Positions 47,752-56,491 of a stretch of 64,000 bases of DNA are shown here, in pieces. Below the pieces are notes generated by a model. It ran no database searches. It was not told where the DNA came from and saw only the letters and a list, made by a program, of their open reading frames with translations. The stretch comes from Thermomonas sp. GTDB lineage: Bacteria > Pseudomonadota > Gammaproteobacteria > Xanthomonadales > Xanthomonadaceae. The DNA lies in NCBI RefSeq assembly GCF_029945965.1, contig NZ_JAQSDO010000005.1, positions 2,279 through 66,278 of the forward strand. Direction: 5' to 3'. Every line of letters begins with the position of its first letter. Position 1 is the first letter of the stretch. Position numbers and translations under genes: made by a program.

Positions 47752-48710
47752 AACGCCAGCTGCTTTGCGTCTGCCTGTTGTTGTGCGCGACCACCGCCTT
47801 CGCCGCGACGCTCAAGATCGACGGCGAGGTCTATGCCCAGCGCACCGCCTCGCTGATGCCACCTGCGGTCGATGATCTCTGGCAATTCAACATCACCCAG
47901 CTTGCTGCCGACGGCGATACGGTCAAGCAGGGCGAAGTCGTGCTTGCCTTCGATGGCAGCGAATTGATGAAGCGGCTTACCGAAAAGCAGAGCCTGCTCA
48001 AGGAGAAGCAGAGCCAGTTCGACAAACTGCTGCTGGAACTGGCCGAGCGCCAGCGCAACGAACACCTGAGTACCGCCGAGGCGCGTTCCAACCGCGAGAA
48101 GGCGCAGCGCAAGACCGCGCAGCCGGAGGAGATCATCGGCGGCATTCCGTACCGCAAGTTGATGGTCGCGCGCCAGCAAGCCGAACGCCGTGCAACACTG
48201 GTCGAGCGCCGCGAGCAACTGAGCGCGGAACAGCGTGTGCAGGAAAGGCGTTTGCTCGAATCCGAGGTCGCGCAGTTGCAGCGCGAAGTGCTGGAGTTGC
48301 AGGCATCACTGGCGGCGATGCGCGTCACCGCACCACGCACCGGGCTGATGATGCACAAGAGCAACTGGCAGGGTGAGAAGTTCGATGTCGGCTCGCAAGT
48401 GTGGAAGGGGATGTCGGTGGCCGAGATCCCCGACACCACGACGCTTGCAGTGCGCGCGCAACTGCCCGAGCGCGAGCTGACCCGGGTGCGGATCGGCGGG
48501 TCGGCACGGATAGTGATCGAAGGCGGTGTCGGCAGTGCGCTGAAAGGCCGTGTCACCGCGATTGGTCGCACCGTGCGCAGCAAATCGCGGGTGCAGCCGA
48601 TCCCGGTGATCGACGTGGAAATCAAACTCGACAATCCGCGGGCGAAGCTCAAACCCGGCCAGCCGGTACGGGTGGAATTGACTGTCGCCGATGCCGGGGC
48701 ATCGCCATGA
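47748..48710 (+). CDS. Periplasmic adaptor (membrane fusion protein) 2
   Basis: Signal peptide (..TAFA|A), DGDTVKQGEVVL, long hairpin, VTAPRTG, LAVRAQLPE and LKPGQPVRV. Confidence 0.88.
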   Translation: MKRQLLCVCLLLCATTAFAATLKIDGEVYAQRTASLMPPAVDDLWQFNITQLAADGDTVKQGEVVLAFDGSELMKRLTEKQSLLKEKQSQFDKLLLELAERQRNEHLSTAEARSNREKAQRKTAQPEEIIGGIPYRKLMVARQQAERRATLVERREQLSAEQRVQERRLLESEVAQLQREVLELQASLAAMRVTAPRTGLMMHKSNWQGEKFDVGSQVWKGMSVAEIPDTTTLAVRAQLPERELTRVRIGGSARIVIEGGVGSALKGRVTAIGRTVRSKSRVQPIPVIDVEIKLDNPRAKLKPGQPVRVELTVADAGASP

Positions 48711-49981
48711 ACAGCCGCAAGCTATTGCTTGCGTGCATCGTGCTTGCGCTGTCCTCCTGCAGCGAAGACGTGCCGGGGCCGGTGCTTGAAACTGTCGCCC
48801 CAGCCAATATCGTGCTCAGTGTGCAGGCTGATGGCGAATTGAAATCCTCCAAAGCCACGCCGCTGATGGTGCCGGGCCAGAACTGGTCGTCTCGCCGGCT
48901 AACCTGGATGGCGCCGGAAGGCAGCCTGGTGAAGAAGGGCGAGCTGATCGCGCGTTTTTCCGCCGATGAAGGCAAGCAGCAGTTGGCGCAGGCGCTGATC
49001 GACCTGCAGCGCAACGCGCTGGCGCACGCGGCCAAGCAGGACGAGCTTGAAGCCGGTCGTGACCGCGTCGACGTCGACCTGGCCAAGGTCGGTACCGATC
49101 TCGGCATTGCCCGTCGCTACGCCGACGCCGACCTCAGCACGATGGCGCGCAATGACGTGCTCGACGCGGTGCAGGATGCGAGGTTCCTAGGCGCCAAGCG
49201 CGACAACATGCAATGGAAGCGTGGCCAGTTCGGCGTGCGCGGCGGTGCCGAGCTGGCGGTGCTGGACACACAGCGCGCAACGTATTCGATCAATGCGAAG
49301 ACGCGCCAGGACGACCTTGATGCGCTGGAGTTGCGCGCGCCACACGACGGCGTGCTGATGCTCAGCGCCAACTGGTCCGGCGAAAAGCTGAGCGTGGGCA
49401 GCAACCTGTTCGCGGGCACCGACTTCGGCAGCCTGCCCGACCCCGGCGGGATGGAAGTCGAGCTGACCCTGCCTCAGATCGAGGCGCAGGGCCTGCGCCT
49501 TGGCATGCTGGTGGAAGTGCATCCGGTGGGCCGGCCCGCGCAGAAGATCACCAGCAAGCTCAGCTGGGTGGCGAGCGCCGCCAAGCCGCGTAGCCGCAGC
49601 AACCCGGTGAAGGTGCTGACGATGAAGGCGCCGATACCGGCCGATGCGATCCGCAATTACGGGCTGGTCCCCGGCCAGAACATGCAGGCCACGATCATCT
49701 TGCTGCGCGCCGACAATGCATTGAGCGTGGCCAACGTTGCTGTGGAAAGTGACGACGGCCGCAGCTACGTGCAGGTGCGCGACGGCGATGGTTTCAAGCG
49801 TCGCGAAGTGACGCTTGGCATACGCGACACTGCGCGTTCGCAGGTGCTCAAGGGGCTGAAGGCAGGCGAGAACGTACGGCTGACCAGCGGTGTTGCACCC
49901 GAATCCGACGATGCCGGAGCGACTGCAGGGGACGGCAAGGACAACAAGCCTGCGGGCGATGACGGGGCGACCAAGACATGA
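48707..49981 (+). CDS. Periplasmic adaptor (membrane fusion protein) 3, predicted lipoprotein
   Basis: Lipobox LSSC, EGSLVKKGELIA, LRAPHDGV, LVPGQNMQA and a MacA-like membrane-proximal domain RREVTLG...VLKGLKAGENV. Confidence 0.88.
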   Translation: MNSRKLLLACIVLALSSCSEDVPGPVLETVAPANIVLSVQADGELKSSKATPLMVPGQNWSSRRLTWMAPEGSLVKKGELIARFSADEGKQQLAQALIDLQRNALAHAAKQDELEAGRDRVDVDLAKVGTDLGIARRYADADLSTMARNDVLDAVQDARFLGAKRDNMQWKRGQFGVRGGAELAVLDTQRATYSINAKTRQDDLDALELRAPHDGVLMLSANWSGEKLSVGSNLFAGTDFGSLPDPGGMEVELTLPQIEAQGLRLGMLVEVHPVGRPAQKITSKLSWVASAAKPRSRSNPVKVLTMKAPIPADAIRNYGLVPGQNMQATIILLRADNALSVANVAVESDDGRSYVQVRDGDGFKRREVTLGIRDTARSQVLKGLKAGENVRLTSGVAPESDDAGATAGDGKDNKPAGDDGATKT

Positions 49982-51231
49982 TTCAGCGCGTGCTCCGGTA
50001 CCTGCCGCAGATTTGGCGCGAGGCGATCGACGAACTGTGGCGTCGCCGCTTGCGCACGCTGCTCACCTTGCTTGGCATGATTTTCGGGGTCGGCGCGATC
50101 GTGGCGATGCAGGCGGTCGGCGAAGGCAGCAAGCGCGAGGCACTGCGGCTGGTCGAGAGCCTGGGCCTTCACAACCTGATCGTTGAAGCCAAGCAGCAGG
50201 ATGAGGACGTGCTGAAGGAAACCCGCGCGCGCAGTTTGGGCCTGAATGTTGCCGACGCGCGCGCCGCGCTGGCAGTGGTGCCGGGTGCGGAGCGCTTCGC
50301 CGCGGAAAAACCGGTGAAGACCCATTCGGTATTCAGCGATTTTGGCAGCGGCAATGCGCAGGCCAGTGGCGTCAGTGCAGACTGGTTCGCCCTGTCCTCG
50401 TTGCAGGTCGCACGCGGTCGCGCGCTCACTGCGCAAGACGATGCCGAACTGGCGCCGGTGGCCGTGCTCGGCCACCAGGCCGCTACTGACCTGTTCCCCA
50501 AGACTGATCCGATCGGCGACCACGTCAAGGTCAACCACGTGTGGCTGGAAGTGGTCGGTGTGCTGGCCGATCGTGACCTCGGCAAGGACAGTTTCGAAGG
50601 TGTGCCGTTGGGACTGGAGAGCAATCGGGTGTACCTGCCCTTGGCCAGCGCGCGGGCGCGCTTCAAGTTCCAGCAGCAGGAAGACGAAGTTGACCGCTTC
50701 CTGTTGCGCCTGCGCGATCCGGAACAGCTTGCCGCAGGCGCGAGTGTCCTCGCTGCAATGCTCGACCAGCGCCACGCTGGCATGCGCGATTACACGCTGG
50801 TGGTGCCACAGCAGTTGTTCCGCCAACACCAACAGACCCAGCGCATCTTCCAGGTGGTGATGGGCGCGATTGCTGGCGTCAGTCTGCTGGTCGGCGGCAT
50901 CGGCATCATGAACATCATGCTCGCCAATGTTCTCGAACGACGCCGCGAGATCGGCCTGCTGCGCGCCCTCGGCGCGCGCCGTCGCGATGTGGTCGCACAG
51001 TTCCTGCGCGAGGCCACCGTGATCTGCGTCGTGGGCGCGCTGCTGGGCCTTCTATTCGGCACCGCGCTCGCCTATATGATCGCCACGTTCGCTGGCTGGC
51101 AGGTGGCATGGGCACCCCTGCCGATCCTGCTCTCGGCCGCATTCTGCGCGCTGGTTGGCCTGGCCTTCGGCGTGTATCCGGCTCGGCAGGCCGCGCAACT
51201 GGATCCGATCACCTCCTTGCGGCAGGAGTGA
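49978..51231 (+). CDS. MacB-type ABC transporter permease
   Basis: RTLLTLLGMIFGVGAIVAM, LLVGGIGIMNIMLANVLERRREIGLLRALGA and FGVYPARQAAQLDPI. Confidence 0.95.
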   Translation: MIQRVLRYLPQIWREAIDELWRRRLRTLLTLLGMIFGVGAIVAMQAVGEGSKREALRLVESLGLHNLIVEAKQQDEDVLKETRARSLGLNVADARAALAVVPGAERFAAEKPVKTHSVFSDFGSGNAQASGVSADWFALSSLQVARGRALTAQDDAELAPVAVLGHQAATDLFPKTDPIGDHVKVNHVWLEVVGVLADRDLGKDSFEGVPLGLESNRVYLPLASARARFKFQQQEDEVDRFLLRLRDPEQLAAGASVLAAMLDQRHAGMRDYTLVVPQQLFRQHQQTQRIFQVVMGAIAGVSLLVGGIGIMNIMLANVLERRREIGLLRALGARRRDVVAQFLREATVICVVGALLGLLFGTALAYMIATFAGWQVAWAPLPILLSAAFCALVGLAFGVYPARQAAQLDPITSLRQE

Positions 51232-51246
51232 TTTCCGCTATTCGAG

Positions 51247-52452
51247 TCAATCGTGCAGGCGGATCCGGATGCGCGTCGCGCTTTCGAATTTCACCTGCCA
51301 GCCAAGTCGCTGTGCGAGCCGGTCGAGCAGGGCGGAGCCACGGCCGATGTCGCTGCGTGCGGTGCTGGTGTCATCGTTTATCGAAGCGGCATCGAGCTGC
51401 TTGTCGATCAGCAATTCGTGGTCACTCAGGCTGACATGGATGACCGCATCCGGCGATTGCTGGGCGACCTTGCGCAGCAGGCCAGAGACCAGCAGCAGCG
51501 CTTCGCGACGCGGCAGTTGCAGGCTGCCACTCGCTTCAATGGCGATGCGCGACTGCTTGTCGTGTAGAGCGATGTGTGCGGCTTCCTTGAGGAAAGTGAG
51601 TGCATCCATCGCTTCGGGCTGAAGTTCGCTGCGCCGGGCCACGCCGAGCAGGGCTTCGATCAGGTGGCCCATGTCGCGCACGCCACGCTCCAGCCGTCGC
51701 AGGCGCGAAACATGCGCAGGATCATTGCCGCGATCATCATTGAGAGCATCCAGCATCACTTCGGTCACACCCTGCACCACTGATAGCGGCGTGCGCAGTT
51801 CGTGGCTGGCATCGGCGAAGAACGCCTGCTCATGCGTGTCGGCATCGACCAGGCGGGCCTGGTAGGCATCGATGGCATGCGCCAGGCGGCCGAGTTCGTC
51901 CTTGCTGGTGTGCGCGGCCAACCGGCTGCGGCGTGGCTGCACCGGTAGCGCATCGACGTCATCGACCAGGCGCTGCACGGGCCGCAAGGCAAAACCCGCA
52001 AACCACCAGCCCAGTCCACCGGCCAGTGCGGTTCCGAGCACGACCATGCCGGCGAGGAACAGGTTCAGGAGCTCCTCCAGCTCTTCGATGTCGCTCAGGT
52101 CGATCACGAAGATCAACCGCCCGGCGCTGGTGTCGAACACGCCGACAGTGGTGCCATTGTCGCTGGCATCCTCGTGGATGCCCGGCGGCAACGCACGGTA
52201 TTTCGGTGGCGTGCGGGCCGCATTGGCCAGGTAGCCACTGAGGCGATGGGTCTGCGGCAGTTCTGCGGTCAGGTGGTTGGTGAGGCGCAGGCTGTAGTCC
52301 TCGGCTTGGCTCTGCAGGATTTCTGCAGCCAATGTGTCTCCATAGTCTCCGGTGATGCGGATGACCGCGGCCGAGAACACAAGGCTCAGCAGGAAACCGA
52401 GCAGGGTGAAGGCCAGCGCAACCCGGCGCCGCAGTGGCATGGGTATGTTCAC
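51247..52452 (-). CDS. ColS-like sensor kinase with a degenerate ATP-binding domain
   Basis: 2 TM, HAMP and H box FFADASHELRTP are present; the N box and G1 box are not recognisable. Confidence 0.85.
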   Translation of the reverse strand: MNIPMPLRRRVALAFTLLGFLLSLVFSAAVIRITGDYGDTLAAEILQSQAEDYSLRLTNHLTAELPQTHRLSGYLANAARTPPKYRALPPGIHEDASDNGTTVGVFDTSAGRLIFVIDLSDIEELEELLNLFLAGMVVLGTALAGGLGWWFAGFALRPVQRLVDDVDALPVQPRRSRLAAHTSKDELGRLAHAIDAYQARLVDADTHEQAFFADASHELRTPLSVVQGVTEVMLDALNDDRGNDPAHVSRLRRLERGVRDMGHLIEALLGVARRSELQPEAMDALTFLKEAAHIALHDKQSRIAIEASGSLQLPRREALLLVSGLLRKVAQQSPDAVIHVSLSDHELLIDKQLDAASINDDTSTARSDIGRGSALLDRLAQRLGWQVKFESATRIRIRLHD

Positions 52453-53141
52453 GGTAATTCCACCAGGCGATAGCCGATGCCGCGGACGGATCGGATCATG
52501 GCCTGCGCAAAGGGCCGGTCGATCAGTACGCGCAGCTCATAGACTTGGGTGTGCAGTGCAGCGATGTCGCCGCCGTCATCGCCCCAGGCCACCTGCAGCA
52601 GGCGCTGGTGCGACGTCACCTTCGGGGCATCGCGCAACAAGGTGGCGAGGATGCTGCCCTGCAGTCGTGTCAAAGGAACCTTCCGGCCTTCGCGGGTGGC
52701 CAACATCGTGGCGGGATCGTAGCTGAGCCTGCCCAGCTCCAGGGTGTCGGATGCAGGTTGCACGCGCCGGTGCACGGCGCGGATGCGGGCTTCCAGCTCG
52801 CGCATCGCAAAGGGTTTCACCATGTAGTCGTCGGCGCCTTCGCCGAAGCCGCGCAGCTTGTCGTCAAGGGTGTCGCGCGCGGTCAGCATCAATACCGGCA
52901 CACCATGGCCGGCCGCGCGCAATTGCCGGCACAGGTCCAGGCCGTCCAGCCGCGGCAAGCCGAGGTCGAGCACGATCACGTCGAAGCCACCGCCCATCGC
53001 CCGCGCCAGTCCGGAGACGCCATCGCCACAGTGGTCCACCGCGTGGCCGCGGCGTTCCAGGAAATCCCAGATGTTGGCGGCGATGTCGTGCTGGTCCTCG
53101 ATGACGAGAACCCGCAGTCCGTTGCGGCTGTCGTTGGCCAT
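52449..53141 (-). CDS. ColR-like OmpR-family response regulator
   Basis: RVLVIEDQHDIAANIWDFL, VLDLGLP, LMLTARDTLDDKLRGF, KPF and SVRGIGYRL. Confidence 0.92.
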   Translation of the reverse strand: MANDSRNGLRVLVIEDQHDIAANIWDFLERRGHAVDHCGDGVSGLARAMGGGFDVIVLDLGLPRLDGLDLCRQLRAAGHGVPVLMLTARDTLDDKLRGFGEGADDYMVKPFAMRELEARIRAVHRRVQPASDTLELGRLSYDPATMLATREGRKVPLTRLQGSILATLLRDAPKVTSHQRLLQVAWGDDGGDIAALHTQVYELRVLIDRPFAQAMIRSVRGIGYRLVELP

Positions 53142-53219
53142 CGCGTGCTCCCGGAAACAGCCGACAGGGTGCCACGCATGAGGGCCGGGTGTGCATCGGG
53201 CTGTTGAACGAAGGGTGCG

Positions 53220-53249
53220 CTTAACGATGTGCTGAGATTTCACTCAGCA
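53220..53249 (+). promoter_or_regulatory. Candidate response-regulator binding site between the colR-like and LtaS-like genes
   Basis: CTTAAC-N5-GCTGAG-N5-ACTCAG at 11-bp period; also TGCTGAG-N6-CTCAGCA inverted repeat. A possible -10 TATCCT lies at 53269-53274. Confidence 0.5.
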
Positions 53250-53306
53250 TGCCTTACGCGCAGGCAGTTATCCTGCCCCTGCCGGATGCACCGGTGGGAG
53301 TTCGTC

Positions 53307-55232
53307 TTGATCCAGTCGCCCGTGATTCAATCGCCATTGCTGTCGCGTTTCCGGCCATTGCTGTGGCTGGGCCTGTGCTTCCTGTCCATTTCCATGTTGA
53401 CCCGGCTCGCACTTCTGGTCGCAACCGGTGGCGGCGTGCCGGTGTCGCCGGGCTATTGGCTGTATGCCTTCGCGGTCGGCCTGGGCTACGACCTGCTGAC
53501 CTTCGTGTATTTCGCCTGGCCGCTGGTGCTGCTGTTGTGGTTGCTGCCGAGGCGCTGGCTGGCGCGGCGGCCGGGTATGGCCTTGGTTGACGGACTGAGC
53601 CTGCTGCTGCTGTTCGTGCTGCTGTTCGTGGCGGTGTCGGAATGGACGTTCTGGGAGGAGTTCCAGGCGCGCTTCAACTTCATCGCAGTCGATTACCTGG
53701 TCTATACGACCGAGGTGATCGGCAATATCCGCGAGTCGTATCCGGTGGGTTGGATCTTCTCTGGACTGGCGGCGCTGGGCATTGCCGTGTTCGCCGCCAC
53801 ACGGCGCTGGCGGCAGGTGCGCAACGACACAGCTCGCTTCGGCGCACGTACGCTGGTGGTCGCCGGCTGGCTGGCGCTGAGCGTGCTCGGCACCTGGCTG
53901 GTCACCGGCGAGATGAAGGACCGCACCGAGAACACCTACGTCAACGAACTCGCCGGCAACGGCATGTATCAATTCTTCGCGGCATATCGCAGTGCATCGC
54001 TGGACTACGACCGCTACTACCGCACGCTGCCGATCGACGAGGCCTTCGCGCAGGTGCGCAAGCAATTGTCGACGCCGGACGCGACCTTCGATGGCCCGAC
54101 TGGCATCGCGCGGCATATCCACAACGCCGCGCCCGAGCGTCGCCTCAACGTAGTGCTGATCAGCGTGGAAAGCCTGTCCGCTGAATATTCCGGCACCTAT
54201 GGGCGTGAGCACAGCCTGACACCGCAACTGGATGCGCTGACCAAGGACAGCCTGTTGTTCACCGACCTATACGCCAATGGCACCCGCACCGTGCGCGGAC
54301 TTGAAGCATTGGCACTGTCGGTGCCGCCGACGCCGGGCGAATCCATCGTCAAGCGCGAGCACAACGAAGGCCTGTTCAGCCTGGCCAGCGTGTTCAACGC
54401 GAAGGGCTACACCTCACAGTTCCTGTATGGCGGCTATGGCGCGTTCGACAACATGAACTACTTCTTCGGCCACAACGGCTACGAAGTGCACGATCGCGAG
54501 GAAATCCCCAAGGAAAGCATCCACCAAGCCAATATCTGGGGCGTGGCCGATGAAGATTTGTACACGATGGCGATGCAGCAGTTCGATCGCGTGCATGCCT
54601 CGGGAAAACCATTTTTCGCGCATGTCATGACCACGTCGAACCATCGCCCATATACGTTCCCGGTTGGGCGCGGACCATGGCCGCAGGGCAAGCGCGAGAG
54701 CGCGGTTGCCTACACCGACTGGGCGATCGGGGATTTCCTGCGTCGCGCGCGTAGCCATCCGTGGTTCGCCAACACCATCTTCGTGATCACCGCCGACCAC
54801 TGTGCCTCGAGCGCAGGCAAGGCGGCACTGCCGGTGTTCCGCTATCGCATCCCGATGTGGGTGTATGCGCCCGGACATGTCGCGCCTGGTCGCTTCACCG
54901 AGATGATCAGCCAGGTCGACATCGCGCCGACCCTGCTGGGCATGCTGGGCATGGATTACGACAGCCAGTTCTATGGCGTCGATGTATTCCAGCGTCCACC
55001 GGACAGCGCACGCGCCTTCATTGGTACCTACCAACTGCTGGGCTATCTGCGCCACGGAAAATTGGTGCAGCTATCGCCGCATCGCAAGGTTGATACGGTG
55101 CGCCCGGCTTATGAAAGCGACCAAGAGCAGCCAGTGATTGCCGATGATCCGCAGTTGACCCTTGAGGCGGTCAGCAACTACCAGACCGCGGCATATCGCT
55201 TCGAGCACGGACAGATGAAGGTTGCAAAATGA
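53307..55232 (+). CDS. LTA synthase family (alkaline phosphatase/sulfatase superfamily) membrane protein
   Basis: Several N-terminal TMs, ISVESLS, catalytic Thr in NGTRTVRG, TTSNHRPY and ITADH. Start uncertain (TTG at 53307 after GGAG). Confidence 0.9.
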   Translation: MIQSPVIQSPLLSRFRPLLWLGLCFLSISMLTRLALLVATGGGVPVSPGYWLYAFAVGLGYDLLTFVYFAWPLVLLLWLLPRRWLARRPGMALVDGLSLLLLFVLLFVAVSEWTFWEEFQARFNFIAVDYLVYTTEVIGNIRESYPVGWIFSGLAALGIAVFAATRRWRQVRNDTARFGARTLVVAGWLALSVLGTWLVTGEMKDRTENTYVNELAGNGMYQFFAAYRSASLDYDRYYRTLPIDEAFAQVRKQLSTPDATFDGPTGIARHIHNAAPERRLNVVLISVESLSAEYSGTYGREHSLTPQLDALTKDSLLFTDLYANGTRTVRGLEALALSVPPTPGESIVKREHNEGLFSLASVFNAKGYTSQFLYGGYGAFDNMNYFFGHNGYEVHDREEIPKESIHQANIWGVADEDLYTMAMQQFDRVHASGKPFFAHVMTTSNHRPYTFPVGRGPWPQGKRESAVAYTDWAIGDFLRRARSHPWFANTIFVITADHCASSAGKAALPVFRYRIPMWVYAPGHVAPGRFTEMISQVDIAPTLLGMLGMDYDSQFYGVDVFQRPPDSARAFIGTYQLLGYLRHGKLVQLSPHRKVDTVRPAYESDQEQPVIADDPQLTLEAVSNYQTAAYRFEHGQMKVAK

Positions 55233-56002
55233 CGCGGGGCGATATGCCGGTTGCGGCCAGCGAGGCTTTGGCCAAGGTTCCGCAAGTCACCCTGGTTTTC
55301 TGGTTGATCAAGATCGCCGCAACCACCTTGGGCGAAACCGGCGGCGATGCGGTGTCGATGTCAATGGGTCTCGGTTATCTGGTGGGCACCGCGATCTTCG
55401 GTGTGATATTCGCGCTTGCGGTCTACGCGCAAATCCGCGCCCGCCAGTTCCACCCGTTCCTGTACTGGACGACCATCATTGCAAGCACCACGGTGGGGAC
55501 GACCCTGGCCGACTTCGCCACGCGATCGATGGGCATTGGTTATCCCGGGGGATCGACCTTGCTGCTGGTGTTGCTGGGCGCATCGTTGTTCGTGTGGTAC
55601 CGGACCTTGGGCACGGTTGCAGTGGGCACTGTCGGCGATCCGAAGTCCGAGATGTTCTACTGGCTGACGATCATGTGTTCGCAAACACTTGGCACTGCAC
55701 TCGGCGACTGGGTGGCGGATACCGCAGGCCTTGGTTATACCGGTGGCATGCTCATCTTCGGTTCGCTGCTGGCGATCACCGCGGCATTTTATTTCTGGGG
55801 CCGCCTGTCGCACACATTGCTGTTCTGGGCGGCGTTCATCCTGACCCGACCACTGGGCGCAGTGCTGGGTGATTTCCTCGACAAGCCGGTTGCCAATGGC
55901 GGCCTGGCGTTGAGCCGCTATTCGGCATCGTTGGGATTGCTGGTAGCGATCATCGGCATGATCCTGGTGTTCAAACAGAGGGCCGCCACGCGCGCGCACT
56001 GA
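55229..56002 (+). CDS. DUF347/COG4705 membrane protein
   Basis: KVPQVTLVFWLIKIAATTLGETGGD, YWTTIIASTTVGTTLAD and FWAAFILTRPLGAVLGD; 4-bp overlap with the upstream gene. Confidence 0.88.
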   Translation: MTRGDMPVAASEALAKVPQVTLVFWLIKIAATTLGETGGDAVSMSMGLGYLVGTAIFGVIFALAVYAQIRARQFHPFLYWTTIIASTTVGTTLADFATRSMGIGYPGGSTLLLVLLGASLFVWYRTLGTVAVGTVGDPKSEMFYWLTIMCSQTLGTALGDWVADTAGLGYTGGMLIFGSLLAITAAFYFWGRLSHTLLFWAAFILTRPLGAVLGDFLDKPVANGGLALSRYSASLGLLVAIIGMILVFKQRAATRAH

Positions 56003-56060
56003 TGTCCGAAGTGATTGATCACCCTCCCTGATGTCGTGACAGGCAATTTCTAGAGATGAC

Positions 56061-56112
56061 TTGACAACATCGATTACAAGCGTAATCTGTAGAAAAGATT
56101 ACGGGTGTAAAC
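56061..56112 (+). promoter_or_regulatory. Sigma70 promoter with two BlaI/CopY-type operators
   Basis: TTGACA (56061-56066) and TAATCT (56083-56088). Operators GATTAC-N4-GTAATC (56072-56087) and GATTAC-N4-GTAAAC (56097-56112). Confidence 0.8.
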
Positions 56113-56113
56113 G

Positions 56114-56491
56114 ATGCAGATCAGTGAAGCGGAATCAGTGGTGATGGACGTGCTCTGGCAACGCAAATCCTGCGCTGCGGAAGACGTGGTGGCAGCGTTG
56201 GCGAACACCCAGCACTGGCAGGAAGCCACCATCAAGACCCTGCTCAACCGCCTGCTGAAGAAGGGCGCGATTGCGGCGACGAAAGACGGCCGCCGCTATC
56301 TGTATTCGCCAATACTTCGGCGCGAAGATTGGGTGCTAGGCGAAAGCCAAGGGTTGCTTGAGCGCCTGTTCGATGGCCGCGTCACGCCGCTGGTCGCGCA
56401 CTTCAGCCAGCAGCGCAAGCTCAGTCGCAAGGACATCGTAGAACTGCGCAAGCTTCTGGACGGTATCGATGCCGGAGGAGACAAGCAATGA
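56114..56491 (+). CDS. BlaI/MecI/CopY family repressor
   Basis: ISEAESVVMDVLW, TIKTLLNRLLKKG, DGRRYLYSP and LFDGRVTPLVAHF. Confidence 0.94.
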   Translation: MQISEAESVVMDVLWQRKSCAAEDVVAALANTQHWQEATIKTLLNRLLKKGAIAATKDGRRYLYSPILRREDWVLGESQGLLERLFDGRVTPLVAHFSQQRKLSRKDIVELRKLLDGIDAGGDKQ

